Assembly (NCBI GenBank): GCA_016930515.1
Contig: JAFGGO010000087.1
Span: 1 to 45,569, forward strand
Direction of reading: 5' to 3'
From: Promethearchaeota archaeon
Lineage (GTDB): Archaea; Asgardarchaeota; Lokiarchaeia; Sigyniarchaeales; SOKP01
DNA length: 45,569 nucleotides
The notes under the pieces were generated by a model. The model was not told the DNA's origin. It was given only the letters and a program-made list of their open reading frames with translations, and searched no databases. A program made the translations under genes and the position numbers. Each line of letters opens with the position of its first letter. Within the stretch, counting starts at the first letter, position 1. Shown here one piece after another: positions 28,232-38,375 of the stretch.

Positions 28232-28510
28232 TAGGATAAATTTTTCTTCTTTTTCCTTCCTATAAATTAATCAAGAAATATGATTTAAATCGCATCAAAA
28301 CCATTATTATCTAACTATCCAATAAATTCTAAGTAATATATATAAAAATGAAAAAAAAAAATTGGACCAATAAACAATTACAATAAGGTGCTTAAAACAA
28401 TTTTTACACATTCTCTTATGAGCAAGAGTCAGCAGGGATTGTTCTCCTAAAGAATTATCAAAATTAGTTCTAAATTACATTAAAAATTTAGGTAATAAAG
28501 AGGAAAAAGC

Positions 28511-29512
28511 ATGAGCCATAAGGAATTTAAAATCAACGATTACATCACGCTTAAATTGGAAAATGACAATACGATAATATATGTAGACGAAAAACCGTTT
28601 ACTCAATGCAATGACTTGAGGCTGGTTTTCCACTTCGATCAAGAACGTAAACTAATGCATGAAGAGATAGAATCAATTGATGAGATTGTTGGAAATTTTA
28701 GAATGCCTTGCGGAAGAACAACTTTTAATGGTGGAAAGATTGAATATTCTTCAATTGAAGCATTTTGGGGGCATTGTTCTAATTTACAAGTATGGGCGGA
28801 GCATGATTACGACACGCGCCTTCTCACATTTGGCTTGTCTTTTCCCTTGTTGGAACGGTTAATCGGATCGGGGGATAAATTGGCTAAAAGCATGTTCAAG
28901 GACGAAATCGTCAAAAGAATGCGTGGAAAAAATCAAATTGTCATTTCATATTTGATTAAGAACGATTATTTAAAGTATTTTACCGAATCCGAACTCGAAG
29001 CGAGGTTTCCAGAGTGGGAATTCGTTGAGATTTACTCAAAAAGAATACCCGTAATAAACGGTGTATTAAACTTAAGCAACAAGGGAATTAATAGTATTGA
29101 AGAAATCAAAAACCTTGGGAATCTCACTTCTATTTGCAAATTAGATTTACACTCAAATAACCTCAAAGAACATTTGAGTTCAATAGGTAATTTGAATTCA
29201 CTTCGGAATCTTGACCTATCTTTTAATCAATTAAACAACATTCCTAATTCAATATGTAACCTAAAATCGCTTGAAATACTATCCTTGATCCATAACAATC
29301 TTAAAAGCCTTCCAGAATCTATAGGAAACCTTACTTCACTCCAAAAGATAGATCTCCGCCATAATCACATAACGCATATTCCCAAGAGTATTGAAATGCT
29401 CAATAAATTACGAGAATTAAACTTGGTGAACAATCCCGTTTCGAAAAAGGATATAGATAGATCCTTATTAAAGCACTTTAAAACAATAGGAACAGATATT
29501 TTTTTCAATTAA
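28511..29512 (+). CDS. LRR protein with Lokiarchaeia-type N-terminal domain
   Basis: EFKINDYITLKLE...FWGHCSNLQVWAEHDYDTRLL N-terminal region plus ~6 LRRs; GAGG SD. Confidence 0.85.
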   Translation: MSHKEFKINDYITLKLENDNTIIYVDEKPFTQCNDLRLVFHFDQERKLMHEEIESIDEIVGNFRMPCGRTTFNGGKIEYSSIEAFWGHCSNLQVWAEHDYDTRLLTFGLSFPLLERLIGSGDKLAKSMFKDEIVKRMRGKNQIVISYLIKNDYLKYFTESELEARFPEWEFVEIYSKRIPVINGVLNLSNKGINSIEEIKNLGNLTSICKLDLHSNNLKEHLSSIGNLNSLRNLDLSFNQLNNIPNSICNLKSLEILSLIHNNLKSLPESIGNLTSLQKIDLRHNHITHIPKSIEMLNKLRELNLVNNPVSKKDIDRSLLKHFKTIGTDIFFN

Positions 29513-29771
29513 AAATAACATAACCCAGACAGATCAGAAAATAGCTGAGAAAGTCAATAGAATTGAATCCACGGCAACTAGCATTGAAAGCATCACGGAA
29601 TCCATTAATTTAGCTTCAAAACACTCGAAAGAGGATGTAGATCAACTTTCTGAGATTAACACGGCAACCGAGGAGCAGACAGCGTCAATGCAGGAAGTAT
29701 CCTCGACCGCCATAAAACTAGGAACGCTTGCAGAAGACTTAAAGCAAACCTTAATACGAAAAATGAAATAG
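29511..29771 (+). pseudogene. Orphan C-terminal fragment of a methyl-accepting chemotaxis-like protein
   Basis: Unannotated frame KNNITQTDQKIAEKVNRIES...TEEQTASMQEVSSTAIKLGTLAEDLK...KMK*, paralogous to 30671-30931; no start codon at its 5' end. Confidence 0.85.
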
Positions 29772-29965
29772 TGCCGCTTTAATGCAAGAGCTACCTCTAA
29801 CTTCATTTCAATTTGAGATCCCCCATTGAGGAGCTGAAATAGGTATTATTAATCAAACAGCTAAATAAAAATAAAATTTAACTAATATCACAATTGAAAA
29901 ATTTAAATAAAAATTCCAATATCATAGATATAATTAACATAAATGTTAAAAAATGAAGGAAAATT

Positions 29966-30931
29966 ATGCTAAATCAGGTATTAGGAACTGCATCCTTAGA
30001 ATTTGCTCTCTCCTTAGTATTTATTGTTTTTACAGTTATTCCAATTATTATTAAATACTATTATAAGATAGATGCGAGATCAACTGAATTTAAGGTTCTC
30101 GTCATGTTTGTGGTATCCGTTGTAGTTTTATTAGTTTTAGTCATTATAACAACTATGGGTTTTGATGCTGATTTCATTGTTGTTTTTTGTTTGGTTCCTC
30201 CCGCAGTAATTGTCATAATATATACTTTAATTTATATTTTAAAAAAAATTCGAAGTCAAGAAGATTCGTTAAAATCGCAACAATCAGCCCTTCAAAACAT
30301 AATTAAAAGCGCAGAAAGCGTTGCCCTAAATGTTGCGGGAATGGCTTCCGAATTGGCTTCAAGCGCCAGCGAGGTAAATTCTTCAGCAGAAGAAATAAAT
30401 ATGATCACGCAGAATGGCCAAGAAACATCTCAGTACTTGATGAACTTGCTCAATCAAATTAATGAAATGGCAGGGCTGGTAAGAACAGTTTCGAGCGAAA
30501 TGAGGCTGTCTACTAAAGACATTAATAAAATTATGACCATACTCGTGAGTCTTTCGGAACAAACGAACTTACTAGCGCTTAACGCAAGCATCGAAGCTGG
30601 TAGGGCGGGAGATTATGGGCGTGGTTTTGCGGTGGTAGCGGAAGAAGTAAGGAAATTGGCGGAACAATCGAAGAATAACATAACTTAAACCGACCAAAAA
30701 ATCACAGAAATCGTGAATCGAATCGAATCAACGGTGTCTTACATTGAAAACATTACCGAATCAATCAATCTTGCTTCTCTAAGCTCGAAGGAAAATGTAG
30801 ACCAACTTGTTGAAATTAATACGGCAACCGAACAACAAACCGCATCAATGCAGGAAGTATCTTCGACTGCTTCCCGATTAGGCACGCTTGCCGAAGAATT
30901 GAAAGAAGTACTAGTACAGAAAATGAAATAA
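29966..30931 (+). pseudogene. Membrane methyl-accepting chemotaxis-like protein interrupted by in-frame TAA (30686-30688)
   Basis: 3 TM segments; [34 protein letters not shown]; the downstream ORF at 30713 is in the same frame. Confidence 0.85.
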
Positions 30932-31114
30932 TTCCCTCTTTTTTTACTTATATAATTCAGATCTTGTAGTAGAAACCAAAAAATATTTATTTTTTACGAT
31001 ACTAATTTCTATAACGTGAAACATTTATTGATTTATTTCATTCTATATTCTACTTGTTATAATAATAATTACGATATAACGATTTTCAATACAATTTCAG
31101 AGGTATAAAATACT

Positions 31115-32314
31115 TTGGCGAAAGTTACTCCTAAAATGTTGGAAGAATCCTTAAAAGAATTGCAAGAAGATGGCATTCCAGAAGACTTAATTGAAAAGAT
31201 TAGCGAGAAGTTAAAAGGCGAAGAACTAGAAGAAGAACAGCTCGAATACTTTTTGAATAAAGTATACATCAACTTTAACAACGCCGTGGAAGAACCTGGT
31301 GAACCCTGTGGAACCATCGCAGCACAATCTATTGGAGAGCCAGGTACTCAAATGACGCTCCGTACCTTCCACTACGCGGGAGTCGAGGAGTTCTCTGTCA
31401 CGCAAGGCCTCCCGAGGCTGATAGAAATCGTGGACGCTCGACGCTTTCCCAGCACTCCGATGATGGAAATTCATCTTGAAAAAGGATATTGCGAAACCGA
31501 AGAAAAAGCGATTAAAGTTCACAACAGGATCGAACAAATCAGGATCGAACAAATAACTCACGATGTAGATCTTGATTTTGTCAATTGGAATATCATCATC
31601 AATTTAATCCCTGAAATATGCGAGAGAAAAGGCATAGACATCGACGAGATTCCAGAAGTTTTAAAACGATACAAGAAAAAAGGTTCGATTACGAGAGAAG
31701 GAAACTCAATCATTATCGATCCTGGCATTGAAGATCTCCAGAGCTTACAAAAATTACGAGAAAAAATCTTAAAGAAGGTTGTAAAAGGAATACGAGGCGT
31801 TAAGCGTGGATTGCTCACTCCAGTCGATAGTGGAAAGGAATGGGTCATTAAAACCGAAGGTACTAACATGCAAGGAGTCGTTCAAATTGAAGGTGTTGAC
31901 GCTTCAAGGACGGTGTCCAATCACATTCACGAGGTCGAAAAATTATTTGGTATTGAAGCCGCAAGATCAATGATCATTGTTGAAGCACAAAAAGTTCTCG
32001 AACAACAAGGCTTAGATGTGGACTTGCGCCACCTACTCATCTTAGCGGATCTCATGTGTCATTCTGGAACCATTCAGTCCATTGGAAGGCACGGTATTTC
32101 GGGTTCTAAATCAAGCGTATTCGCAAGAGCAGCTTTCGAAGTAACTGTCAATCAATTACTTGACGCTGGACTTTACGGAGAAGAAGAAAAATTACTTGGA
32201 ATTCCCGAAAATGTCATAATCGGTCAAGTTGCAAAGATTGGTACGGGCTCCGTTCAGGTCATGTTTGACCTCGATGCGAACTTGAAGATTTTAAACGAAA
32301 AAAAGCAATTATAA
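31115..32314 (+). CDS. rpoA2: DNA-directed RNA polymerase subunit A'' (Rpo1C)
   Basis: AAQSIGEPGTQMTLRTFH, VTQGLPRLIEI, ARAAFE, ENVIIGQ..KIGTG. Confidence 0.98.
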   Translation: MAKVTPKMLEESLKELQEDGIPEDLIEKISEKLKGEELEEEQLEYFLNKVYINFNNAVEEPGEPCGTIAAQSIGEPGTQMTLRTFHYAGVEEFSVTQGLPRLIEIVDARRFPSTPMMEIHLEKGYCETEEKAIKVHNRIEQIRIEQITHDVDLDFVNWNIIINLIPEICERKGIDIDEIPEVLKRYKKKGSITREGNSIIIDPGIEDLQSLQKLREKILKKVVKGIRGVKRGLLTPVDSGKEWVIKTEGTNMQGVVQIEGVDASRTVSNHIHEVEKLFGIEAARSMIIVEAQKVLEQQGLDVDLRHLLILADLMCHSGTIQSIGRHGISGSKSSVFARAAFEVTVNQLLDAGLYGEEEKLLGIPENVIIGQVAKIGTGSVQVMFDLDANLKILNEKKQL

Positions 32315-32418
32315 TTAGAATAGTATAAATGGTACGAAATAGCAAGAAATTAAAACGATAATGCATTCTTTTTATTCACTACATCGAAAATGGTAACACA
32401 AATATCAGTTGAAGAATA

Positions 32419-32799
32419 ATGGCGCGGAAGAAAAATAGAGAAGGTGTGGGAGACTCTATTGACTTATCGAGAAAGAAAGTCAAGGAATTCGACATTGATA
32501 CAAACATTAAAGTCGCCTATAAAACGGGCAAGATAGTATACGGTAAGAACCAAGTTTTAAGGGAAATGAGGAAAGGCTCCTTTAAAATGATCCTCATAGC
32601 AAATAATTGTCCAAAAGAATTGGAAGACCAGCTCAATTATTATAACAAATTATCTGGAAACAAGCTCTTCTTCTATAAATATGGGGGGTCTTCGTACGAT
32701 CTTGGATTAGCGTGCGCAAAACCCTATTGGATTAGCGTTCTGGGAGTGATAAATCCCGGAGACTCGGACCTGTTGACTTTAAAATCCAAAAGCAATTAA
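32419..32799 (+). CDS. rpl30e: 50S ribosomal protein L30e
   Basis: KTGKIVYG, IANNCP, LGLACAKP, PGDSD; synteny. Confidence 0.95.
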   Translation: MARKKNREGVGDSIDLSRKKVKEFDIDTNIKVAYKTGKIVYGKNQVLREMRKGSFKMILIANNCPKELEDQLNYYNKLSGNKLFFYKYGGSSYDLGLACAKPYWISVLGVINPGDSDLLTLKSKSN

Positions 32800-32821
32800 C
32801 CGTACAATATGATTTTAAACA

Positions 32822-33310
32822 ATGCTAAAAAAGAATATTAAGATAGATAGAAAGTCAATGGAACTTATTTCCTTATTTAATAATATTTCTGGAGCAATCG
32901 TGAAAGATTGCTTGATTTTTGAAACTCCTGAAAATTACGATAATGAAAAATCGGAAGTAATCATATTTTTAGTCAAAAAAGATGACATTGGCAAAGCCAT
33001 TGGAAAGTCAGGAGAACACGTTAAGGATTTAATGACCAAGCTTCAAAAGAAAATTGATGTTATTCCGTTTTCGAGCGACATAAGCACCTTCATTCAATTC
33101 ATTTTAAACACCTCAAAATCTGCTGTAAAGGTTCAAAACATAGAAATAAAAGAAAACAAGAACGATAAAAGAACCGTGGTCATTTCAGTTCGTCCTCAAG
33201 ATAGAGGGAAAGCAATCGGTAAGGATGGAAGCATGATACGGAAAATTAAGACTCTCGTTCTCAGACATTACGATGTGGATAATGTTATCATTAACACTCA
33301 TAATGCATGA
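32822..33310 (+). CDS. nusA: Archaeal NusA-like transcription factor
   Basis: Two KH motifs (GKAIGKSG, GKAIGKDG); synteny. Confidence 0.93.
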   Translation: MLKKNIKIDRKSMELISLFNNISGAIVKDCLIFETPENYDNEKSEVIIFLVKKDDIGKAIGKSGEHVKDLMTKLQKKIDVIPFSSDISTFIQFILNTSKSAVKVQNIEIKENKNDKRTVVISVRPQDRGKAIGKDGSMIRKIKTLVLRHYDVDNVIINTHNA

Positions 33311-33396
33311 ACTTTATAAATTCAAAAATTTTAAGTTCAAAGCCGTATTATTTTATCTATTAAATTAAGTGTAAAACGATTTTTGGTCTTTAAATT

Positions 33397-33831
33397 ATGG
33401 GAAAACCGAAAGGATTATACGCTGCTCGACAACTCCAGAAAAATCGAAGAAAATTCAAATGGAGCAAGACGCAATACAAGCGTACGAAATTGAAACTCAA
33501 ACAAAAGAGCGATCCCCTTGAAGGATCACCTCAAGCCCTAGGAATAGTTCTCCAAAAGGTAGGTCGTGAAAGCAAGCAACCAAACTCGGCCATTCGGAAA
33601 TGTGTCAGAGTCCAACTTAAAAAGAACGGTAAAGCGATTACTGCGTTTCTACCAGGTGATGGTGCCTTGAACTTCATAGACGAACACGATCGAGTCATCG
33701 TTGAAGGAATTGGAGGTGCTAAAGGAAGAGCTATTGGTGACCTTCCGGGTGTACGATGGAAGGTAACAAAAGTTAACGGCGTATCGTTGGATGCGTTAAT
33801 ATATGGTAAAAAGGAGAAACCAATGAGGTAA
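33397..33831 (+). CDS. rps12: 30S ribosomal protein S12 (uS12)
   Basis: [25 protein letters not shown]. Confidence 0.98.
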   Translation: MGKPKGLYAARQLQKNRRKFKWSKTQYKRTKLKLKQKSDPLEGSPQALGIVLQKVGRESKQPNSAIRKCVRVQLKKNGKAITAFLPGDGALNFIDEHDRVIVEGIGGAKGRAIGDLPGVRWKVTKVNGVSLDALIYGKKEKPMR

Positions 33832-33836
33832 ATCAC

Positions 33837-34457
33837 ATGAGCAATGAAATCCAAGAAGAAGAAGTAAAATTATTTAACGCCTGGAGTTTTAAAGATGTGG
33901 AAGTCCGTGATTTCACGCTAGAACATTACATCAATCTTAAACCCATTATTGTGCCTCACTCGTGCGGTAGACACGAACACAAGAGATTCTGGAAATCGAA
34001 CATTTCTGTCATCGAACGATTTGTAAATAGATTGCTTGCTCCCGGATTCATTCAGGGGAAAATTAAAGGGAGAAAAAGCTCTTACAATTCGGGAAAGAAG
34101 AGCAAGCTCATCAGTAGCATTAAGAGCGCCTTTGTCCTTATGAATCTTACTACGGGCGAGAATCCCGTTCAAATCCTTGTCGACGCAATTATTAACTCTG
34201 CTCCACGCGAAGAGACCACCAAAATCGCAATGGGGGGTATCAGTTATGCCAGTTCGGTGGATGTGGCGCCCCAACGAAGGGTAGATCTCGCTATCAAGTA
34301 TATCGTTCAAGCAATCGGCACAAAATCGCATAGCAATGTCAGACAGTTCGAGGAAAACATCGCTCAAGAACTGATCTTGGCGGCCCGAAACAGCCAAGAT
34401 TCGAGAGCCGTGAAGCGCAAGGACGAAATCGAAAGAATCGCTGTCTCGGCGAGATAG
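33837..34457 (+). CDS. rps7: 30S ribosomal protein S7 (uS7)
   Basis: ENPVQILVDAI.NSAPREE, VDVAPQRRVD, ERIAVSAR. Confidence 0.98.
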   Translation: MSNEIQEEEVKLFNAWSFKDVEVRDFTLEHYINLKPIIVPHSCGRHEHKRFWKSNISVIERFVNRLLAPGFIQGKIKGRKSSYNSGKKSKLISSIKSAFVLMNLTTGENPVQILVDAIINSAPREETTKIAMGGISYASSVDVAPQRRVDLAIKYIVQAIGTKSHSNVRQFEENIAQELILAARNSQDSRAVKRKDEIERIAVSAR

Positions 34458-34608
34458 CTTCTTGTTCTATTTATTCTTTTACTTATTATTTTAATTTTAC
34501 TTTCGATATATCACATTCATATCACATGTTCTTAGGTTAAATCAATTTTAAATACTTGAAGACTTTATTATTCTTTAAAGAGATTTAGTAAAGCTATACA
34601 AAGACTTC

Positions 34609-36573
34609 ATGAATTCCGACAAAAATAATGTTAGTTTGGAAAAACAACTTAAAACTATAGGTCAGAAAATAAGGATAGACATCTTAAAAAACTTAAATAG
34701 TACTATAATGCCCGTTCCTTTTTCTTCCCTTCAGAAAGAAATACTTGATGATCGCCATAATTCTACGAATTTCTCTTTTCACTTAAATTCATTAAAAAAA
34801 ATGGATTTAGTGGCTTCTGAAACAGAGGGTTGGAAACTCACAACTTTAGGAAGAAAAATACTCAAGCACATTCTTTTAATTGAACAAGTCATTGTCGAGC
34901 AAGAAAAATCGCTCATGGTAAGAACTTCGAAATATTCAAAAGAACCATTTAATATCAATAAAATCGAGAATTATTTAATCTTAGAAGGGAAAATGGAGGC
35001 TAACGAGGCAAGAAACATCGCAAGAGATGTAAAAACGAGGCTATTCAAATCAAATATTGAATATCTAACAGCCCCTCTGATCCGAGAATACATAAACGGA
35101 GTGCTCCTAGAAAGAGGTTTTGAACAAATCAGGCATAGATTAACAAGACTAGGTACTCCCCCTCACGATATCAAGCGCTTTTTGGCATTAAATCAAAACT
35201 CAATAACAACAGAAAATGTGTTAAAAAACCTTGGTTCCGATGTTTCTGAACAATTCCTCTTGTTAAACCTATTACCAAACGATTTAGCCGATTCCTACAT
35301 TTCAGGCGAAATTGTCCTACTTCACTTAAACGCATGGTGGCTCAGACCATTAAGTTTAGTGGTCAACACTGAAAGTATTTTAAAATCTCTTGCAGGGGAT
35401 AAATTAGTCACTCAGGTTCAGGGGGTTGATCACACAAAAATAATGTCCATGATTACTGGTTTTGTTGAAGTTCTTAATGGATTTTTACCTTTCTATTCGG
35501 GGGATCTTTTAATTTCAAATTTTAGCGAGATGTATTTCTCCACCTTTAATTCCATTATCAAGGAAAATCGTTTATGTTATTTTGATCTCTTCTTTCGGCA
35601 AATTAGATTACTAGAGGGAAATTTCTCCTTAAATGATCCTCGATTGCTTTTTGATTTTTCTGCAGAACAATTGGATATCTCAATACATGAAGATATAAAG
35701 GCATTTGATACGTTTTTGAAGTATGCTGAACGACATTATCCCTCAAAATCTTATGTGACTTGCGACTATTCCAAGATGGATGCTAGTATCGTGAAGCAAC
35801 TCATGAGAGAAAATATTGTATTTTACAACAAGAAATTGACAAACGCTATTAATTCATATATCGTAAATATAAATAATCCAACAGATTCGAAAGAAAACGG
35901 CATTATTTTAGATAAGGTTTTACTTAATTTTCCCTTAATTGCGAGAGAGGCTTCTCAAAATGACAATAAATTCATTGATTTAATCCTCGAAAAATTAGAA
36001 GTGGTTTTTAAAATTTTCGAACACAAGAAAAAATTGATAAAGAAGTCATTAAATGCCAACAAAATTTGGAACCTACTCCTTGAAAACCATTTTAATTACG
36101 AGAAAGAAAAATGGATCGATCAATCCATAAAATCCGTGAGCTTTTTTGGATTAAACGAGGCGATTAACCTTCATTGTGGTATTGAGATGGATAGAAATGA
36201 AAATAGCGCGAAATTTGCGCTAAACATCCTTGAATTAATGAAAAATGTCATACAAGAAAAAAATAATAGCGAGGGAGAGAATTTTATTTTGGGACAACCA
36301 CATCGTGGCAAGTACCTTGAATCGAATAATACTAATGAAATTAATAGCAACAATGTTATTAACCCTGGTTATTCCGCAAGAATTATCAGGGAAAATTCAA
36401 AATTGCCCTTGTCCCAAAAAATTAAAATATTCGAAAAATTTCAAAGCATCTTGAATGGTGGCGTGTTATTGAATCATCGAATGAAAAAAGACGATAATGA
36501 TATAAAGAAGGATATTCAGATGTTATTAGATGCTAATCTTAACGCTTTTTCCCTAAATGGAAATATGACATGA
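34609..36573 (+). CDS. ArsR-like wHTH, ATP-cone and degenerate class III RNR (NrdD-like) fusion
   Basis: RIDILKNL...FSFHL..L wHTH; VRTS...F...KI...LTAPLIREYIN..LLERG ATP-cone; RLG.P, LNFPLIA, FFGLNEA NrdD-like segments; no C-terminal RxxGY or CxxC. Confidence 0.8.
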   Translation: MNSDKNNVSLEKQLKTIGQKIRIDILKNLNSTIMPVPFSSLQKEILDDRHNSTNFSFHLNSLKKMDLVASETEGWKLTTLGRKILKHILLIEQVIVEQEKSLMVRTSKYSKEPFNINKIENYLILEGKMEANEARNIARDVKTRLFKSNIEYLTAPLIREYINGVLLERGFEQIRHRLTRLGTPPHDIKRFLALNQNSITTENVLKNLGSDVSEQFLLLNLLPNDLADSYISGEIVLLHLNAWWLRPLSLVVNTESILKSLAGDKLVTQVQGVDHTKIMSMITGFVEVLNGFLPFYSGDLLISNFSEMYFSTFNSIIKENRLCYFDLFFRQIRLLEGNFSLNDPRLLFDFSAEQLDISIHEDIKAFDTFLKYAERHYPSKSYVTCDYSKMDASIVKQLMRENIVFYNKKLTNAINSYIVNINNPTDSKENGIILDKVLLNFPLIAREASQNDNKFIDLILEKLEVVFKIFEHKKKLIKKSLNANKIWNLLLENHFNYEKEKWIDQSIKSVSFFGLNEAINLHCGIEMDRNENSAKFALNILELMKNVIQEKNNSEGENFILGQPHRGKYLESNNTNEINSNNVINPGYSARIIRENSKLPLSQKIKIFEKFQSILNGGVLLNHRMKKDDNDIKKDIQMLLDANLNAFSLNGNMT

Positions 36574-36631
36574 TTTTAAGGCATAAAAGACCCTATCTAT
36601 AATAAGCCATGAACTCATTTTTAGGTTAATT

Positions 36632-37555
36632 TTAATCCATAAGGAGTTCTGCCAAAAGAGCTTTTCTCATAGCAAGTCCATATCCAGTTTGCTTGAAATA
36701 AACGGCTTTATCCTTGTGCTTATCAACGCTAGGCTCAATTTCCGTGACTCTTGGCAGTGGATGCATGAGCTTGAATGTTTCCTTGGTCTTTTCCAAGTCA
36801 TCCTCGGTAAAAATAAAAGAAGACTTCACTTTCTCGTATTCTTCCATGTCTACAAACCGTTCTTTTTGAATTCTTGTCATGTAAAGTACATCCAGACTCT
36901 CAATGATGTTTCGGTAATTCACGAGTTCCTTGAATTTTACTTGGTTTTCTATTAAATAATCCTTGTATCTATTTCTCAAGGATAAATCTCTTGGGCTGAT
37001 GAAATACAAGTTTGCATCGTAATTGGAAAGCAAGATTGATAAGGAATGAACCGTTCGTCCATATTTCAAGTCCCCCACGATACCGATGTTTAACCCGTCA
37101 ATCTTCCCGCATTCCTCTTTTATGGTGAGAAGATCTAGTAAAGCCTGTGTCGGGTGTTCTCCACTGCCGGATCCTGCGTTGATGATCGGGATTTTAGCAA
37201 ATCTTGAAGCAAGTTTAGCCGATCCTTCCAAGGAATTTCTCATTGCGATGCAATCTGCATAATTCTCCACCGTTCTTATGGTATCGGCGATACTTTCGCC
37301 TTTTTTAACTGACGAAACATCTTCAGTTTGAAAACCAATGACATTTCCCCCTAAGCGATACATTGCCGATTCGAAACTCAAGCGAGTTCGTGTTGAGGGT
37401 TCGAAAAAAAGTGTTGCTAGAATCTTTCCCTCCAACACATTAGAATTCTTAATTTTGAGCATTTCGCTTCCTTTCTTCAGAATGAATTCGATGTCGTCCC
37501 TATCAAACTGCTTGGCACTAATGATCCCCTCGTGGAATTTTTCTTTAAACATCAA
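36632..37555 (-). CDS. pyrB: Aspartate carbamoyltransferase catalytic subunit
   Basis: FFEPSTRTRLSF, HPTQALLD, GDLKYGRTVHS, HPLPR. Confidence 0.98.
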   Translation of the reverse strand: MMFKEKFHEGIISAKQFDRDDIEFILKKGSEMLKIKNSNVLEGKILATLFFEPSTRTRLSFESAMYRLGGNVIGFQTEDVSSVKKGESIADTIRTVENYADCIAMRNSLEGSAKLASRFAKIPIINAGSGSGEHPTQALLDLLTIKEECGKIDGLNIGIVGDLKYGRTVHSLSILLSNYDANLYFISPRDLSLRNRYKDYLIENQVKFKELVNYRNIIESLDVLYMTRIQKERFVDMEEYEKVKSSFIFTEDDLEKTKETFKLMHPLPRVTEIEPSVDKHKDKAVYFKQTGYGLAMRKALLAELLMD

Positions 37556-37771
37556 ATGACCCTTTCCAACTTCCTTTAATAACTTAGTATGTTAATATGC
37601 TTTAAAATGTTTTTTATTAAATATTAGATTATTTGGAAGGATGTAGAAGGGAAGTAAATTTGAATGTCTGTTTGCATGAATAAATACAAGCGTCTAAGAC
37701 GATTAGGAGTTCCAAAATAATAAAACTTAAAATTTAAGATACATTTTTTTCCTAATAAGAAACAAAGAAAA

Positions 37772-38059
37772 GTGATTATTATTAAAGTTCCACGAACCAT
37801 AAATCGATACTGTCCTTATTGTCGCGAACATAAAGAACACTCCGTTTCAGTATATAAGAAGGGAAAGGAAAGAATGTTAAATCACGGTAGAAGGAGGGTT
37901 GAAAGAAAGAAGGCTGGATACGGTTCTTTTCCAAAAGAAATCTTTCATAAAAACGCCAAGATCAACAAGCGAACCCAACCAATGTTAGAGTGCAGTGCTT
38001 GCGGGAAAAAGCATTATACAAAATCGTATCGAGTTAAAAAATTTGAAATCGTGGATTAA
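37772..38059 (+). CDS. rpl44e: 50S ribosomal protein L44e (eL42)
   Basis: KVP...YCPYC..H..H, GYG, C..CGK; true start may be ATT at 37781. Confidence 0.95.
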   Translation: MIIIKVPRTINRYCPYCREHKEHSVSVYKKGKERMLNHGRRRVERKKAGYGSFPKEIFHKNAKINKRTQPMLECSACGKKHYTKSYRVKKFEIVD

Positions 38060-38080
38060 ATCCAAACGAGGAATAAAAAT

Positions 38081-38287
38081 ATGCAAAAAAGTAAAAAATC
38101 AAAAGAATTAATTCCCCAACCTCAAAGTAGGTTTCTTCGGGTTAAGTGCTTAAATTGCGGGAACCAACAGATAGTATTTGGATGTTCTGCCACGGATGTT
38201 GCTTGTTTAGTGTGTGGAAAAACCCTCTTGCAATCAACAGGTGGAAAGGCGCGCATACTAACGAAAATCTTAGAAGTATTAACTTAA
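38081..38287 (+). CDS. rps27e: 30S ribosomal protein S27e
   Basis: [17 protein letters not shown]...TGGKA. Confidence 0.97.
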   Translation: MQKSKKSKELIPQPQSRFLRVKCLNCGNQQIVFGCSATDVACLVCGKTLLQSTGGKARILTKILEVLT

Positions 38288-38375
38288 ATTTAAAAAATCT
38301 TTCCTTAATTTCTGTATTTTAACCTGTTATTTCATCCATACCTATTAATACAAACAAATTTGAAAAATACAATAG

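Noticed and set aside
37691-37701. Short inverted repeat CGTCT-A-AGACG between pyrB and rpl44e
   Set aside because: Only 5-bp arms and a single occurrence; compatible with chance.
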